Of a stretch of 64,000 nt of DNA, positions 34,501-44,566 are shown one piece after another (position 1 is the first letter of the stretch; each line of letters starts with the position of its first letter). The position numbers and the translations under genes are program-made. Below the pieces are notes generated by a model, which was given only the letters and a program-made list of their open reading frames with translations, was not told where the DNA came from and ran no database searches. Origin of the DNA: an uncultured Chloroflexia bacterium (lineage in GTDB: Bacteria; Chloroflexota; Limnocylindria; Limnocylindrales; CSP1-4); the NCBI GenBank assembly GCA_963748235.1, contig CAVVHT010000009.1, positions 826,162 through 890,161 on the forward strand, written 5' to 3'.

Positions 34501-36263
34501 CCTTCGCGTGCCTCATAGACCATCTCCTCGTCCAACTCGCCCACGCGCCGGCCTCCGCCGCGGGCTGATCGAGCCTTCGTGGTGGCACGCCGACCATCGA
34601 CGTCCCCGTCCTCGGTCAGGAAGACGCCGAACAGGCCGCGGTCGGGAATGGTTCCCCCGCTGATCACCGCGACAGTGCGCGCATCGCGGCGGCTCTCCAC
34701 CGTGCCCGCGGTGCGATCCCAGACGATCCGCGGCCGCAGCTCAGCGAACTCGTCGCCCGGGTAGTGCCCGGCGAGCATGCCCAGCGTCGCCTCGAACGAA
34801 TCGCGTCCCAGGTCGGCGAAGTTCTCGGCTCGACGGACGAGGTCGTAAATCTCGTCCACCTTCCAGCGCCGGTCGGCGGCGGTGGCAACGATCTGCTGGG
34901 CAAGCACATCGAGCGGGTTGCGCGGGATGACCGTCGGCTCGATCCGGCCAGCGAGCATCTCCCTCGCAACGACCGCCGACTCGAGCAGGTCGCCGCGGTA
35001 CTTGGGGAAGATCACGCCCTGCGACGGCTCTCCCACCTGGTGACCGGCCCGACCGACCCGCTGGAGCCCGCGGGCGACGGATCCGGGCGATTCGACCTGG
35101 ATGACGAGATCGACGGCGCCCATGTCGATCCCCAGCTCGAGGCTGCTCGTGGCGACGAGGGCGGGCAGCCGGCCGTCCTTGAGCTGCTCCTCGATGAGCA
35201 GCCGCTCCTCGCGTGCCAGCGACCCATGGTGGGCTCGGACGATGTCCTCACCGGCCAGGTCGTTGAGTCGCAGCGCCAGCCGCTCGGCGAGACGGCGGCT
35301 GTTGACGAACACAATCGTCGAGCGGTGTGCCCGGATCAGCTCCAGGATGCGCGGGTGGATCTGGGGCCAGATCGAGCTGCGCTGATCGGCGCCCGCGGCT
35401 GAGCCGCCGGGCTGCTGGTCGAGCGGCAGGACCTCACCGATCGCGGCCATGTCCTCGACCGGAACGACGACCTCGAGATCGAGCGTCTTGCGTACGCCGG
35501 CGTCGACGATACGGACCGGTCGCAGCTCGCCTGATCGCTCCCCGTCCGGGCTCGCTGAACGGCCGCCAAGGAAGCCGGCCACGACACTCAGCGGACGCTG
35601 CGTCGCGGACAGGCCGATGCGCTGTGGCGGCTTCTCGGTGAGTGCCTCTAGTCGCTCGAGCGACAGCGCCATATGGGCGCCACGCTTCGTGCCCGCGAGG
35701 GCGTGGATCTCGTCGACGATCACCCACTCGATGCCGCGCAACGCCTCACGCGCCTGCGAGGTGAGCAGCAGGTAGAGCGATTCGGGCGTGGTGACCAGGA
35801 TGTCCGGTGGCCGCTTGCCGAACGCGCGGCGCTCTTCGGCGGGCGTGTCCCCGGTGCGCATCGCCACGTGTACTTCGCGCGTCAGGTCGTGCTCGCCGCG
35901 ATTGCGCGCCGCCAGCGCGATACCGGCCAGCGGCGAACGAAGGTTTCGATTCACGTCGTGGACGAGCGCCTTCAACGGCGACACGTAGAGCACGCGCAGG
36001 CGGCGCAGCGGATCGTCCGGGACCGGCTCGCTCATCAACCGATCGAGGCACCACAGGAACGCCGCCAGCGTCTTGCCCGAGCCGGTCGGAGCGCAGATCA
36101 GCGTGTGCTCGCCGGCGGCGATGGCCGGCCAACCGAGCGCCTGGGCGGCGGTCGGCGCATCGAACGAAGCAGCAAACCAGTCGCGCGTGGCGGGCGTGAA
36201 CGCGGCGAGCGGATCACCCGCCGGAGAGTCGGTCGGAAGCTTCGTGGAAGTTCGCCGGGACAC
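31510..36263 (-). CDS. lhr: Lhr-family ATP-dependent DNA helicase (about 1580 aa; two apparent frameshifts near the C-terminal third)
   Basis: Helicase motifs CAPTGSGKT, DEIH, SAT, QRVGRAGH. The Lhr C-terminal extension is recovered in ORFs 32938->32390 and 32676->31510. Confidence 0.85.
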
Positions 36264-36605
36264 GGGCGTCGAGTATAGGTCTGAGGGCTAAATCGAACAA
36301 GCGTGCGCTTTGTGGAAACACAAGGTGACGCACCCAGAGATCCTCGGGTTGCTATCCCCGAAATCGGCGTCGACTCGAATCAGGTACCCGTGCAGTGGTT
36401 GCTCGGCACCATTTCCACTCATCTGAGCGTACAAGGCGCCTGGTTGGAGATAGCAACCTGCACGTCGCTAAATGCGAGCCATGGTCCAGGCGGCCCCTAT
36501 CACGACGAGGATCGAAAAATGAGCCCTTGGCCGTAGGTCCTGGCGCGCAAGGGGTACTTCGCGCTCCTTATTCCAGAGGGGTCTGGTGCGTAGCGTCACG
36601 CACCG

Positions 36606-38738
36606 ATGGACAAAGAGGGAGGGTGGGTTCAGCCTGCTGCGCGCAGCCGGACCCGACGGTACACATTTCTGACCCTGCTGCTGCTCGCGGTTGCGGCTCC
36701 GGCAGGTTTCGTGATGGCCGGCGAGGCGCGCCAGCCGTACATCGTCGTGTTCGACGATGGGGCCGTTGGCGTCCCGGCAGGGGCACTCGAAGCCGTCGGC
36801 TCCGGCCGTACGGTTCCGTTCCGCGTCCAGGCGATGCCAGCATCGATGCGCGCCGCGACGATCCCAGATTCACGCGCCACGTCCGGCGGTGCCAGAGTCG
36901 ATGAGACCGACACGCGCGACCGCAGCGTCGATGCAAACCTCGTCAACAGCCAGGTACGCGAGATCGCCGCCCGCAACCGGGTCGCCGTCGACCACGTCTT
37001 CAGCAACGCCCTGGGTGGCTTCTCGGCGCGCCTGACACGGACGCAGCTCGGCGTACTCGGGCGAGACCCCGCAATCGCGACGATCATGCCCGACGAACAG
37101 GTCGATCTTGGCGACGTCATATCCGACATGGACGCTGGTGGCGTGCCCACCACCAGCAACCCGGGCCTACGCGTGCCCGCCGGTGTGCGCCGCGTCGGAG
37201 CCCGTCAGTCGGCCGTCATGGGCGTCCGCAGCGGAGGTCGCGTCAATGCCGACGTGGCAATCCTCGATACGGGCATCCAGCGCGACCACCCCGATCTCAA
37301 CGTCGTCGGCGGTTTCAACTGCACCAGTCGCGATCGCAACAAGTGGGATGACAACAACGGCCACGGCACGCACGTGGCGGGCATAGTCGGCGCACTCGAC
37401 AACAGCATTGGCGTAGTCGGAGTCGCCGCCGGCGCGCGGCTCTGGTCGGTCAAGGTCCTCGATCGCAGCGGCCACGGCTCGATGTCATCGATCGTGTGCG
37501 GCATCGACTGGGTCACCGCCCAGCGCCAGCCCGGTGCGCCGAGCCGGCCGCTGTTCGAGGTGGCCAACATGAGCATCAGCTTCACCTTGCCGGGTTCGAA
37601 CGATCGCGACTGCGGCCGGCGACTCCACGACGGCGTCCATATGGCCATCTGCCGCTCGGTCAAGCGCGGCACGACCTATGTCGTCGCAGCCGGCAACGAG
37701 TCGCGCAACGCACGCCGCAACCGTCCCGCCGCGTACGACGAAGTCATCACCGTGTCGGCGATGGCCGACTACGACGGACGGCCCGGCGGCCACGGCAAGG
37801 CCTCCGACTCCTGCCCCTACTGGAGCTCCGAGCCCGACGACGCGTTCGCCCGTTTCAGCAACTTCGGATCGGACATCGACCTGATCGCTCCCGGCAAATG
37901 CGTCCTTTCGACGTACACACGCGGCCGCTACGCATGGATGAGCGGCACGTCGATGGCGTCGCCGCACGTCGCCGGCGCGGCCGCAATCTACCGTTCGATG
38001 TATTCGCGGGCCACTCCATATCAGACCCGCCTCGCTCTACAGGCGGTTGGCACGCTCGACTGGCGGACCTCGTCCGACCCCGATCGAGGCGCGCACGAGC
38101 GAGCGGTCTGGGTCGGCAACTTCAGGGCCATGCCCGACTTCGGCATGAGCGCTCGAACGCCGGACGGTTCGGCAGGCGCCGGTCAGCGCTTCGCGATTGA
38201 CGTGACACTCAGCCGCGTCGGCGGTTTCGCCGATCCGGTTGCGGTCAGCCTGGTCGAGCCACCGGCTGGTTTCTTGGCCGGACAGACGCTGATCGGCGGG
38301 TCGACCGGCGAGCTCGAGGTGCGCGTCGGTGATGACGTCGATCCGGGCGAGCACACACTCACCGTCAAGGCCATAGCGGCCGACGTCGAACGGAACGTGA
38401 CACTTCTGATCACGGTCGCTGGCGATCCCCCGAGCGCATCATTCGTAGCGCCCGCGGCGGGTTTGACCAGTCAGTCGGCAACCACTGCCCGAGTCGGCTG
38501 GGTCGAAGCTGCCGGAGATGCCCCGATCGCCACACGACAGGTCGAGCGCCAGTCCGCGCCAATTGGTGACGCCGGCAGCTGTGATGAAGCCGCATTCGTG
38601 ACCGACTACTCGTACGGCCAAATCGAGGCACCCACCGAGCAGCTGCGCAGGGGCTACTGCTACCGCTGGGTGCTCACCCTGACCGACACTGCCGGAGAGC
38701 AGGTGACCGTCTCTTCAGGAACCGTCCGGGTCGACTAG
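36606..38738 (+). CDS. secreted subtilisin-like serine protease (S8) with I9 propeptide and C-terminal extension
   Basis: Signal peptide; catalytic triad in VAILDTGI, NGHGTHVAGIV, GTSMASPHVAGAAA. Confidence 0.9.
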   Translation: MDKEGGWVQPAARSRTRRYTFLTLLLLAVAAPAGFVMAGEARQPYIVVFDDGAVGVPAGALEAVGSGRTVPFRVQAMPASMRAATIPDSRATSGGARVDETDTRDRSVDANLVNSQVREIAARNRVAVDHVFSNALGGFSARLTRTQLGVLGRDPAIATIMPDEQVDLGDVISDMDAGGVPTTSNPGLRVPAGVRRVGARQSAVMGVRSGGRVNADVAILDTGIQRDHPDLNVVGGFNCTSRDRNKWDDNNGHGTHVAGIVGALDNSIGVVGVAAGARLWSVKVLDRSGHGSMSSIVCGIDWVTAQRQPGAPSRPLFEVANMSISFTLPGSNDRDCGRRLHDGVHMAICRSVKRGTTYVVAAGNESRNARRNRPAAYDEVITVSAMADYDGRPGGHGKASDSCPYWSSEPDDAFARFSNFGSDIDLIAPGKCVLSTYTRGRYAWMSGTSMASPHVAGAAAIYRSMYSRATPYQTRLALQAVGTLDWRTSSDPDRGAHERAVWVGNFRAMPDFGMSARTPDGSAGAGQRFAIDVTLSRVGGFADPVAVSLVEPPAGFLAGQTLIGGSTGELEVRVGDDVDPGEHTLTVKAIAADVERNVTLLITVAGDPPSASFVAPAAGLTSQSATTARVGWVEAAGDAPIATRQVERQSAPIGDAGSCDEAAFVTDYSYGQIEAPTEQLRRGYCYRWVLTLTDTAGEQVTVSSGTVRVD

Positions 38739-38762
38739 GCGCTTCGGCCAGTCGTTAGCCAC

Positions 38763-39590
38763 TAGCTCCCGGCCGCGTCGACCTCGGCCAGGAAGTCGCC
38801 CACCAGCCGGTTGAACTCCTGGGGTCGCTCGAGGTTGACCATGTGCGCCACGCCCTCGAAAACGTGGCTGCGCGCGCCATGCGACCTCCGCGGTCAGCTT
38901 CTCGCCCGCACGGAGCACGGGCTGCTCGTCGAACGTGCCCCAGATGAACAGCGCCGGGACCTTGATCCGGTCGATCAGCTGCGCCGCCGGCACCTCTGGC
39001 TGGATCGGCTGGTTGGCGGGCTGATCGGCGCGGTAGTTGTCCATGTTCCACTCGATCATCTGGCGGCGCAGCGCGGGATCGACACGGTTGGCCGGCTGAC
39101 CCGGGCCGTCGGTCCAGACCTGAGTCTCCAGCTCGACCAGCGGCTCCCAGTCCTTTGCTTCCTCGAGCCGCTCCATCTCCGGCCACATGGCCGTGAGTCG
39201 CGGGTCCTCGTCGGCCTCGAAGCCGCGCAGGCCGCCGGCAACCCACGTCAGCGAGCTGACGCGCTCCGGGTTCTCGACCAGGAAGTCGGTCGCGATCATC
39301 GAGCCGCGCGACAGTCCGAGAAGGTGCGTTTGCTCCACTCCGAGATGGTCGAGCACCGCGCCGAGGTCGGCGCGATTGGAGTACGGGACGTCCTCGACGA
39401 GCGTCCGGCCGAAGCCGCGCGTGTCGTAGCGGATGACCCGATGGCGATCGCGCCACGCCTCGACCTGCGCATCCCACATGCGCAGGTGCGCGACCCCGGC
39501 ATGGATCAGAGTGAGTGGCGATCCCTCCCCTTCCACCTCGTAGTACAGGCGCGCCCCGGGCGCGTCCACGAAACCCAATTCAGCGGTCAT
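38763..39590 (-). CDS. alpha/beta-fold hydrolase; frameshift near 38880
   Basis: MTAELGF start preceded by a GGAGGAG SD. Nucleophile elbow GLSRGS; C-terminal HVFEGVAHMVNLERPQEFNRLVGDFLAEVDAAGS recovered in an alternative frame. Confidence 0.7.
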
Positions 39591-40748
39591 GCGACTTCTC
39601 CTCCAAGGTGCCCCAGCGCCGCGGTCAGGGCACGCTCCACGGTCTTGGCATTTGACTCGGCGAGGTCGGGCGGCTGCGGCCTGACCATGTCCTCCGGGTC
39701 GAGGAACTGGTCCGGCGGCGGCGATTGATCGAAACGCGCCGAATTCGGCCGCCCATCGACCGCGCCACGCCTCGTCGGTGTGTGCAGGTGGCTCGCGATG
39801 CGCCTGCGCCAGCCAGACCAGCGACCACGACCGTGGCACGACCCGGTACCCGTCGTAACCGCCGCCGCCGGTGGCCAGCCAGCGACCGCCGGCGTGCTCG
39901 TGCGCGATCCGGTCGAGCAGGGTCGTGGCAGCGCGATAGGCACGCGTCGTCAGGCGCAGGTGCGCAAGCGGATCGTTCACGTGCGTGTCGCAGCCGTGCT
40001 GGGTGACGAGGAACGTCGGCTTGAACGCAGCGGCGAGCGCGGGCAGCATCCGCTCGACGGCCGCGAGCCACGAACCGTCGCCGGTCAGCGGCTGAAGCGG
40101 CACGTTGACCTTCGTGCCGAGCGCCGCGGGACCGCCACCCTCCTCGACGAAGCCGGTTCCGGGGAAAAGCGACATGCCCGTCTCGTGGATCGAGAACGTC
40201 AGCACCTGCGGATCGTCCCAAAAGAGCGCCTGGGTTCCGTCGCCGTGATGCACGTCGAGGTCGACGTAGAGCACTCGATGGCCGGCGTCGCGCGCACGGG
40301 CGACGGCGAGCGCGACATCGTTGTAGATGCAGAAGCCCGACGCGCGAGCGGCCATCGCGTGGTGCAGGCCGCCGCCCGGGTTGAATGCATGCTCGACCTC
40401 GCCGGCCAGGATCCGATCGACGGCGTCGATCGAGCCACCGGCGATTGCCGCCGACGACTCGTGCATGCCATCGAATGGCGGACAATCGCCAGGGCCAATC
40501 CCGTCGGCCGGCGAGCGCCGCGGATCGTTCGAGAACTCGCGGACTGTTTCGATGTAGTGCCGGCTGTGCAGTCGAGCCAGCTCGTCATCCGTCGCCATCC
40601 GCGGCTCGACGAAACGGTCAGCGCCTACGGTGCGCATCAGGTCGACCGATGGCGCGAAACGGCGTGGCGTCAGCGGATGCTCAGGGCCAAAGTCGTAGCT
40701 CAGGTTCACGTCTCCGAAGACGACCAGTGGCCGCAATGTGTCGGTCAC
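39587..40748 (-). CDS. histone-deacetylase-family enzyme (AcuC / acetylpolyamine amidohydrolase-like)
   Basis: GFCIYNDVALA, DLDVHHGDGTQ, FSIHETG. GTG start overlaps the upstream stop (GTGA). C-terminus probably in ORF 39943->39587 after a frameshift. The stop overlaps the hydrolase ATG. Confidence 0.8.
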
Positions 40749-41341
40749 GCCGGGGCGTTCTGCCAGCCTGTCTCGGAAACGGCGTCGTGCCACGCCTCGG
40801 CCGCACCACGGCCGTTGTCGAGCAGCGCTGCGTAGCGGCCGATGAGCTCGGCGAACGCGCCGCCGTCCGCGTCGGGCATCTCGAGCACCGTCGCCTCTTC
40901 GGGCTGCGGCGTCGCTGCCCCCGGCTCGGCAACGACGATCAGCGCAGCGCCGTGGTACCTGGCCGCGGACGCCGCGACCTCGAGCGCCGGCTCGTCGAGA
41001 GGCTCGGCCACGACCAGCACCTGGCACTCGGCCAGGTAGCGCAGCCCGAGATCGATGTCGGCCGCGTCCAAGCGCGGCAATGGATCACCGTGGGCATCGC
41101 CCTGCTCCCCTTCGCCGGCCGTGCGCGGCGTGACACCGGCCGGATCTCGCAACAGTGCGGCGTGGCCGATCCCGGCGCGACCCAGCTCGATCGCAACGAC
41201 GTCTCCATCGGCGTCATCGCCCACGCTGCCGACCAGTGCGACGTGACCTCCTGCGGCTGCCGCAGCGACGGCGACGCGTCCTGCCGACCGGTCGAGCCGG
41301 TCACGCGCATCGAGCCCCGGCCGGCCGAGGACGACGATCAC
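40745..41341 (-). CDS. hypothetical protein with weak PfkB/ribokinase N-terminal-like region
   Basis: MIVVLGRPGLDARDRL...AGGHVALVGSVGDDADG resembles a sugar-kinase N-terminus but lacks the GG and DTxGAGD motifs. 198 aa. Confidence 0.4.
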   Translation of the reverse strand: MIVVLGRPGLDARDRLDRSAGRVAVAAAAAGGHVALVGSVGDDADGDVVAIELGRAGIGHAALLRDPAGVTPRTAGEGEQGDAHGDPLPRLDAADIDLGLRYLAECQVLVVAEPLDEPALEVAASAARYHGAALIVVAEPGAATPQPEEATVLEMPDADGGAFAELIGRYAALLDNGRGAAEAWHDAVSETGWQNAPA

Positions 41342-42888
41342 TCGGGCGACGCGTCCGCCGGCACGATCATCAGCTCGCCCAATCCGGCGGCCCGTAGCGG
41401 AGACTCGACGTGCTTTGCGTCGCCGATGATCACGATTGACATATCGGCCGGCCGGATGTGACGCACGGCGGCCTGCTGGACGTCGAGCGCGCTGACCTCG
41501 GAGATCTGCGGGCGATATCGATCGAGCTCGTCGTCGGGCAGATCGAAGACGATCAGGCCACCCAACGCCGACGCCACCTGGGCGGCACTCTCGAAGCGGA
41601 GCGGGAAGACGCCGACGAGGTAGTCGCGCGCGACAACCAGCTCATCCGCCTCGACCTCGGCCTCGACGAACGCCCGGACGATGCGCAGCGTTTCGAGCAC
41701 GGCGGGCACGGTAACGGCCGATTCGACCGCGGTGCGGATCACGAACGGCCCCGGCCGGCGGCGCATGTCGAACGATGAGCTGATGCCGTAGGTGTAACCC
41801 AGCTCCTCGCGAATCACGCGGTTGAGGCGCGAGTTGAAGGTGCCGCCGAGGATCGCGTTGAGCACCGACAGGGCGTGGAAGTCGGGCGTGCTTCGCGCCA
41901 CGCCGACGTGCCCGATGCGCACCTCCGACTGAGGCGCGCCGGGTCGGTCGACGAGCACCAGCCTGGGTTCGGTAGTCGCGATCTCCTCGGGGCGTGACTT
42001 GCCGCTCGCGCCGCTACCGGCGAGGCTGCCCAGATGGCGCTCGGCAAGCTCCTCGAGTGACCTGCCGCCCAGGTCGCCGGCGACGACGAGCGTCGCCGAG
42101 CTCGGGTCGATCATCGCCCGGTGGCGCGCCACCACAGCGTCGTGATCGAGACTGCGGATCGTCGACTGCACGCCGGCCAGCGGCCGGCGGTAGGGGGTGG
42201 CCGCGTCGTAGATGGTCTCCGGGAAGACACGCTCCGAGCGCCGGCGCGGATCCGACCATGCCTGGAGCAGGTCGTTCATCCGCTCGTCGCGCAGTCGCTC
42301 CACCTCGGCCTCGGGAAAGGCCGGCTCGGCGACCATCTCGGCCAGCAGACCGAGCGCGTCGCCAAACTTGGAGCGCGGCACCTCGACGCTCGCGCTGAGC
42401 GTCTCCCACGTCGCGTCGGCGTGAATCTCGGCACCGAGGCGCTCGGCCGATTCGATGAAGTCGTTCGCGTCGCGGCGGCGGGTGCCCTCGGTCATCGCCC
42501 GGCCGGTGAGAACGGTGATACCTGCCTGGTCCGCCGGTTCGGTCCACCCGCCGCCGGGCAGCAGCAGCTGGGCCGCGACGAGCGCCCGGCCGGCCACGTG
42601 GGCATTGACGACGGTCAGGCCGTTCGACAGCGTGAAGCGCTCGAAACGCGGGAAGTGGTACTCACGCGGCCGGCCCGGACCGGGCCGGATGTCAAGCACC
42701 GACAGGTCGGTGGGGTGGGTCGGAGCCTCCTCGTCGGCCGGCGGCGGCGCGATGATCGCCGCGGAGGCGGGTTCGTCGGCCAGCACGTCTGGCAACAGGC
42801 CGGCGGCGGCATTCTCGTCCGTATTGGTCGGCTCGGGGAGTTCCTGATCGGTGGCGAAGCCCTTCTCGGCCGGATCGTCGAGCGTCAC
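41338..42888 (-). CDS. M16-family peptidase, non-catalytic (HxxEH-less) subunit
   Basis: 516 aa with the insulinase fold pattern. No HxxEH motif. 4-bp overlaps with both neighbours. Confidence 0.75.
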   Translation of the reverse strand: MTLDDPAEKGFATDQELPEPTNTDENAAAGLLPDVLADEPASAAIIAPPPADEEAPTHPTDLSVLDIRPGPGRPREYHFPRFERFTLSNGLTVVNAHVAGRALVAAQLLLPGGGWTEPADQAGITVLTGRAMTEGTRRRDANDFIESAERLGAEIHADATWETLSASVEVPRSKFGDALGLLAEMVAEPAFPEAEVERLRDERMNDLLQAWSDPRRRSERVFPETIYDAATPYRRPLAGVQSTIRSLDHDAVVARHRAMIDPSSATLVVAGDLGGRSLEELAERHLGSLAGSGASGKSRPEEIATTEPRLVLVDRPGAPQSEVRIGHVGVARSTPDFHALSVLNAILGGTFNSRLNRVIREELGYTYGISSSFDMRRRPGPFVIRTAVESAVTVPAVLETLRIVRAFVEAEVEADELVVARDYLVGVFPLRFESAAQVASALGGLIVFDLPDDELDRYRPQISEVSALDVQQAAVRHIRPADMSIVIIGDAKHVESPLRAAGLGELMIVPADASPE

Positions 42889-44276
42889 GCCGCCTGCTCC
42901 TCGGGCTCGGTCGGAACGTAGGTCAACACGACGCGGTTGTCGGCGCGGAAAACGTCGCGCGCAACTGACTGGACCTCCTCGGCAGTCACTGACAGGTAAC
43001 GCCCGAGCTGCTCGTTGATCAACCCGGGACGATCGAACAACGCCGCGTACATCGACAGGCGATCGGCGACCTCCTCGACGCGGCCAAGGGCGCCCAGCTC
43101 GCTCGCTTCGATGAGAGCCCGGGCACGGATCAACTCGTCTTCTGTCACCCCTTCGTCGGCCATGCGCTGCAGCTCGTCGAGGTAGCCCTGCTCGGCGGTC
43201 TCGGCGTCGCTGTCGGGCCGTACGGTGATCCAGCCGCCGAAGAAGCTCGCACCACCGATGAGCGGCAAACCGAAGGCGGTCACGTCCTGGGCGATCTTCT
43301 GTTCACGGACGAGGCTGCGATAGAGCCTGCTGCCGCGGCCGCCGGCGAGGATCTGGCTGGCGACCTCGAGCGCGTCGAACTCGCGCGTGCCATACGGCGG
43401 GCAGCGGAAGCCAAAATGGACGCGGGTCAGCGGAACGTTGTCGGGCACAACCTCGCGCGCTTCGTGGCCGATGAGTGGCTCGACCTCCGGCAGCACGGGC
43501 TGGCGGATCTCCGGATTGGCCGGGATCGGCCCGAAATAGCGCTCTGCGGCCGCGTGCGCCTCTTCCTCGTCGACATCGCCCACGATCGAGAGCACCGCGT
43601 TGTTCGGCGCGTACCACGTCTTGAAGAAGGTGACCACGTCATCGACCGAGGCCGCGTTGAGATCCTCCATCGAGCCGATCGGCGTGTGGTGGTACGGGTG
43701 ATCCGCGGGGAAGACAGCAGCCATCAGCTTCTCGTAGAACGAGCCGTAGGGCCGGTTGTCGTAGCTCTGGCGCTTCTCGTTCTTGACCACGTCGCGCTGG
43801 TTGTCGAGATTTTCCTGGTCGAGCGCGTCGAGCAGGGTGGCCATCCGATCGGCCTCCAGCCACAGTGCGAGCTCGAGCTGATGCGACGGCAGCGTCTCGA
43901 AATAGTTGGTCCGGTCGAAGTACGTGGTGGCGTTGTTCACGCCGCCCGCGCTCTGGATCAGGCTGAAGTGCTCGGCCTTCGTCACGTGGCGCGAACCCTG
44001 GAACATGAAATGCTCGAACAGGTGGGCGAAGCCGGTCCGTCCCGGCTGCTCGTGACGCGAGCCGACCACGTACCAGATGTTGATCGCGACGACGGGCGCC
44101 AGGTGGTCCGGCGCCACGATCACGCGCAGGCCGTTTTCGAGGCGCCGTTCGCTGAACGGAATGATGGGCACGTCGCCGCCGCTGGCAGCGACCCCTGACT
44201 GCTGGGGCATCTGGGTCACCGCCCGATTGTAGGCATCAGCGCGCGTTGGCGGCCGGGCTGCTCCGGGACGCCCCAT
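42885..44276 (-). CDS. M16-family zinc peptidase, catalytic subunit
   Basis: Inverted zinc-binding motif GFAHLFEHFMFQG (HxxEH) and the downstream Glu region. Confidence 0.85.
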   Translation of the reverse strand: MGRPGAARPPTRADAYNRAVTQMPQQSGVAASGGDVPIIPFSERRLENGLRVIVAPDHLAPVVAINIWYVVGSRHEQPGRTGFAHLFEHFMFQGSRHVTKAEHFSLIQSAGGVNNATTYFDRTNYFETLPSHQLELALWLEADRMATLLDALDQENLDNQRDVVKNEKRQSYDNRPYGSFYEKLMAAVFPADHPYHHTPIGSMEDLNAASVDDVVTFFKTWYAPNNAVLSIVGDVDEEEAHAAAERYFGPIPANPEIRQPVLPEVEPLIGHEAREVVPDNVPLTRVHFGFRCPPYGTREFDALEVASQILAGGRGSRLYRSLVREQKIAQDVTAFGLPLIGGASFFGGWITVRPDSDAETAEQGYLDELQRMADEGVTEDELIRARALIEASELGALGRVEEVADRLSMYAALFDRPGLINEQLGRYLSVTAEEVQSVARDVFRADNRVVLTYVPTEPEEQAA

Positions 44277-44298
44277 CCACCGATCCGACTAACTATCC
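44273..44298. promoter_or_regulatory. left copy of a perfect 26-bp inverted repeat, overlapping the M16 start codon
   Basis: CCATCCACCGATCCGACTAACTATCC is the exact reverse complement of 44481..44506. Confidence 0.7.
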
Positions 44299-44480
44299 GT
44301 GCCGGTGCATATCGGTGCCAATTCACGGGGAGCTGGGGTTCTCTGAGATTTGGCGGGTTCGTACGACCGCCAGCTCGCCGAGCAATTTGCTGGCGGCCTT
44401 GCCCTGACCGACGGGCTCGCATGCCCAGCGGTCTGTCGCTGCCTCCATGCCGCGCCCTCGCAACGGCTAGTCAGCGTGCT

Positions 44481-44506
44481 GGATAGTTAGTCGGATCGGT
44501 GGATGG
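44481..44506. promoter_or_regulatory. right copy of the 26-bp inverted repeat, ending in an ATGG upstream of MFS gene 1; a degenerate direct copy follows
   Basis: GGATAGTTAGTCGGATCGGTGGATGG. A related direct repeat GATAGTTGGGTCGCATGG lies at 44512..44529. Confidence 0.7.
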
Positions 44507-44566
44507 CTGCCGATAGTTGGGTCGCATGGGCAAGCCGCTGCCTCAACGAGCGCTTACGCTGGGCGC

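Noticed and set aside
38715-41027. Single 770-aa fusion protein (HDAC plus alpha/beta hydrolase)
   Set aside because: An internal GGAGGAG-ATG and an ATGA overlap show two genes. The fusion arises because an indel removed the deacetylase stop from frame.
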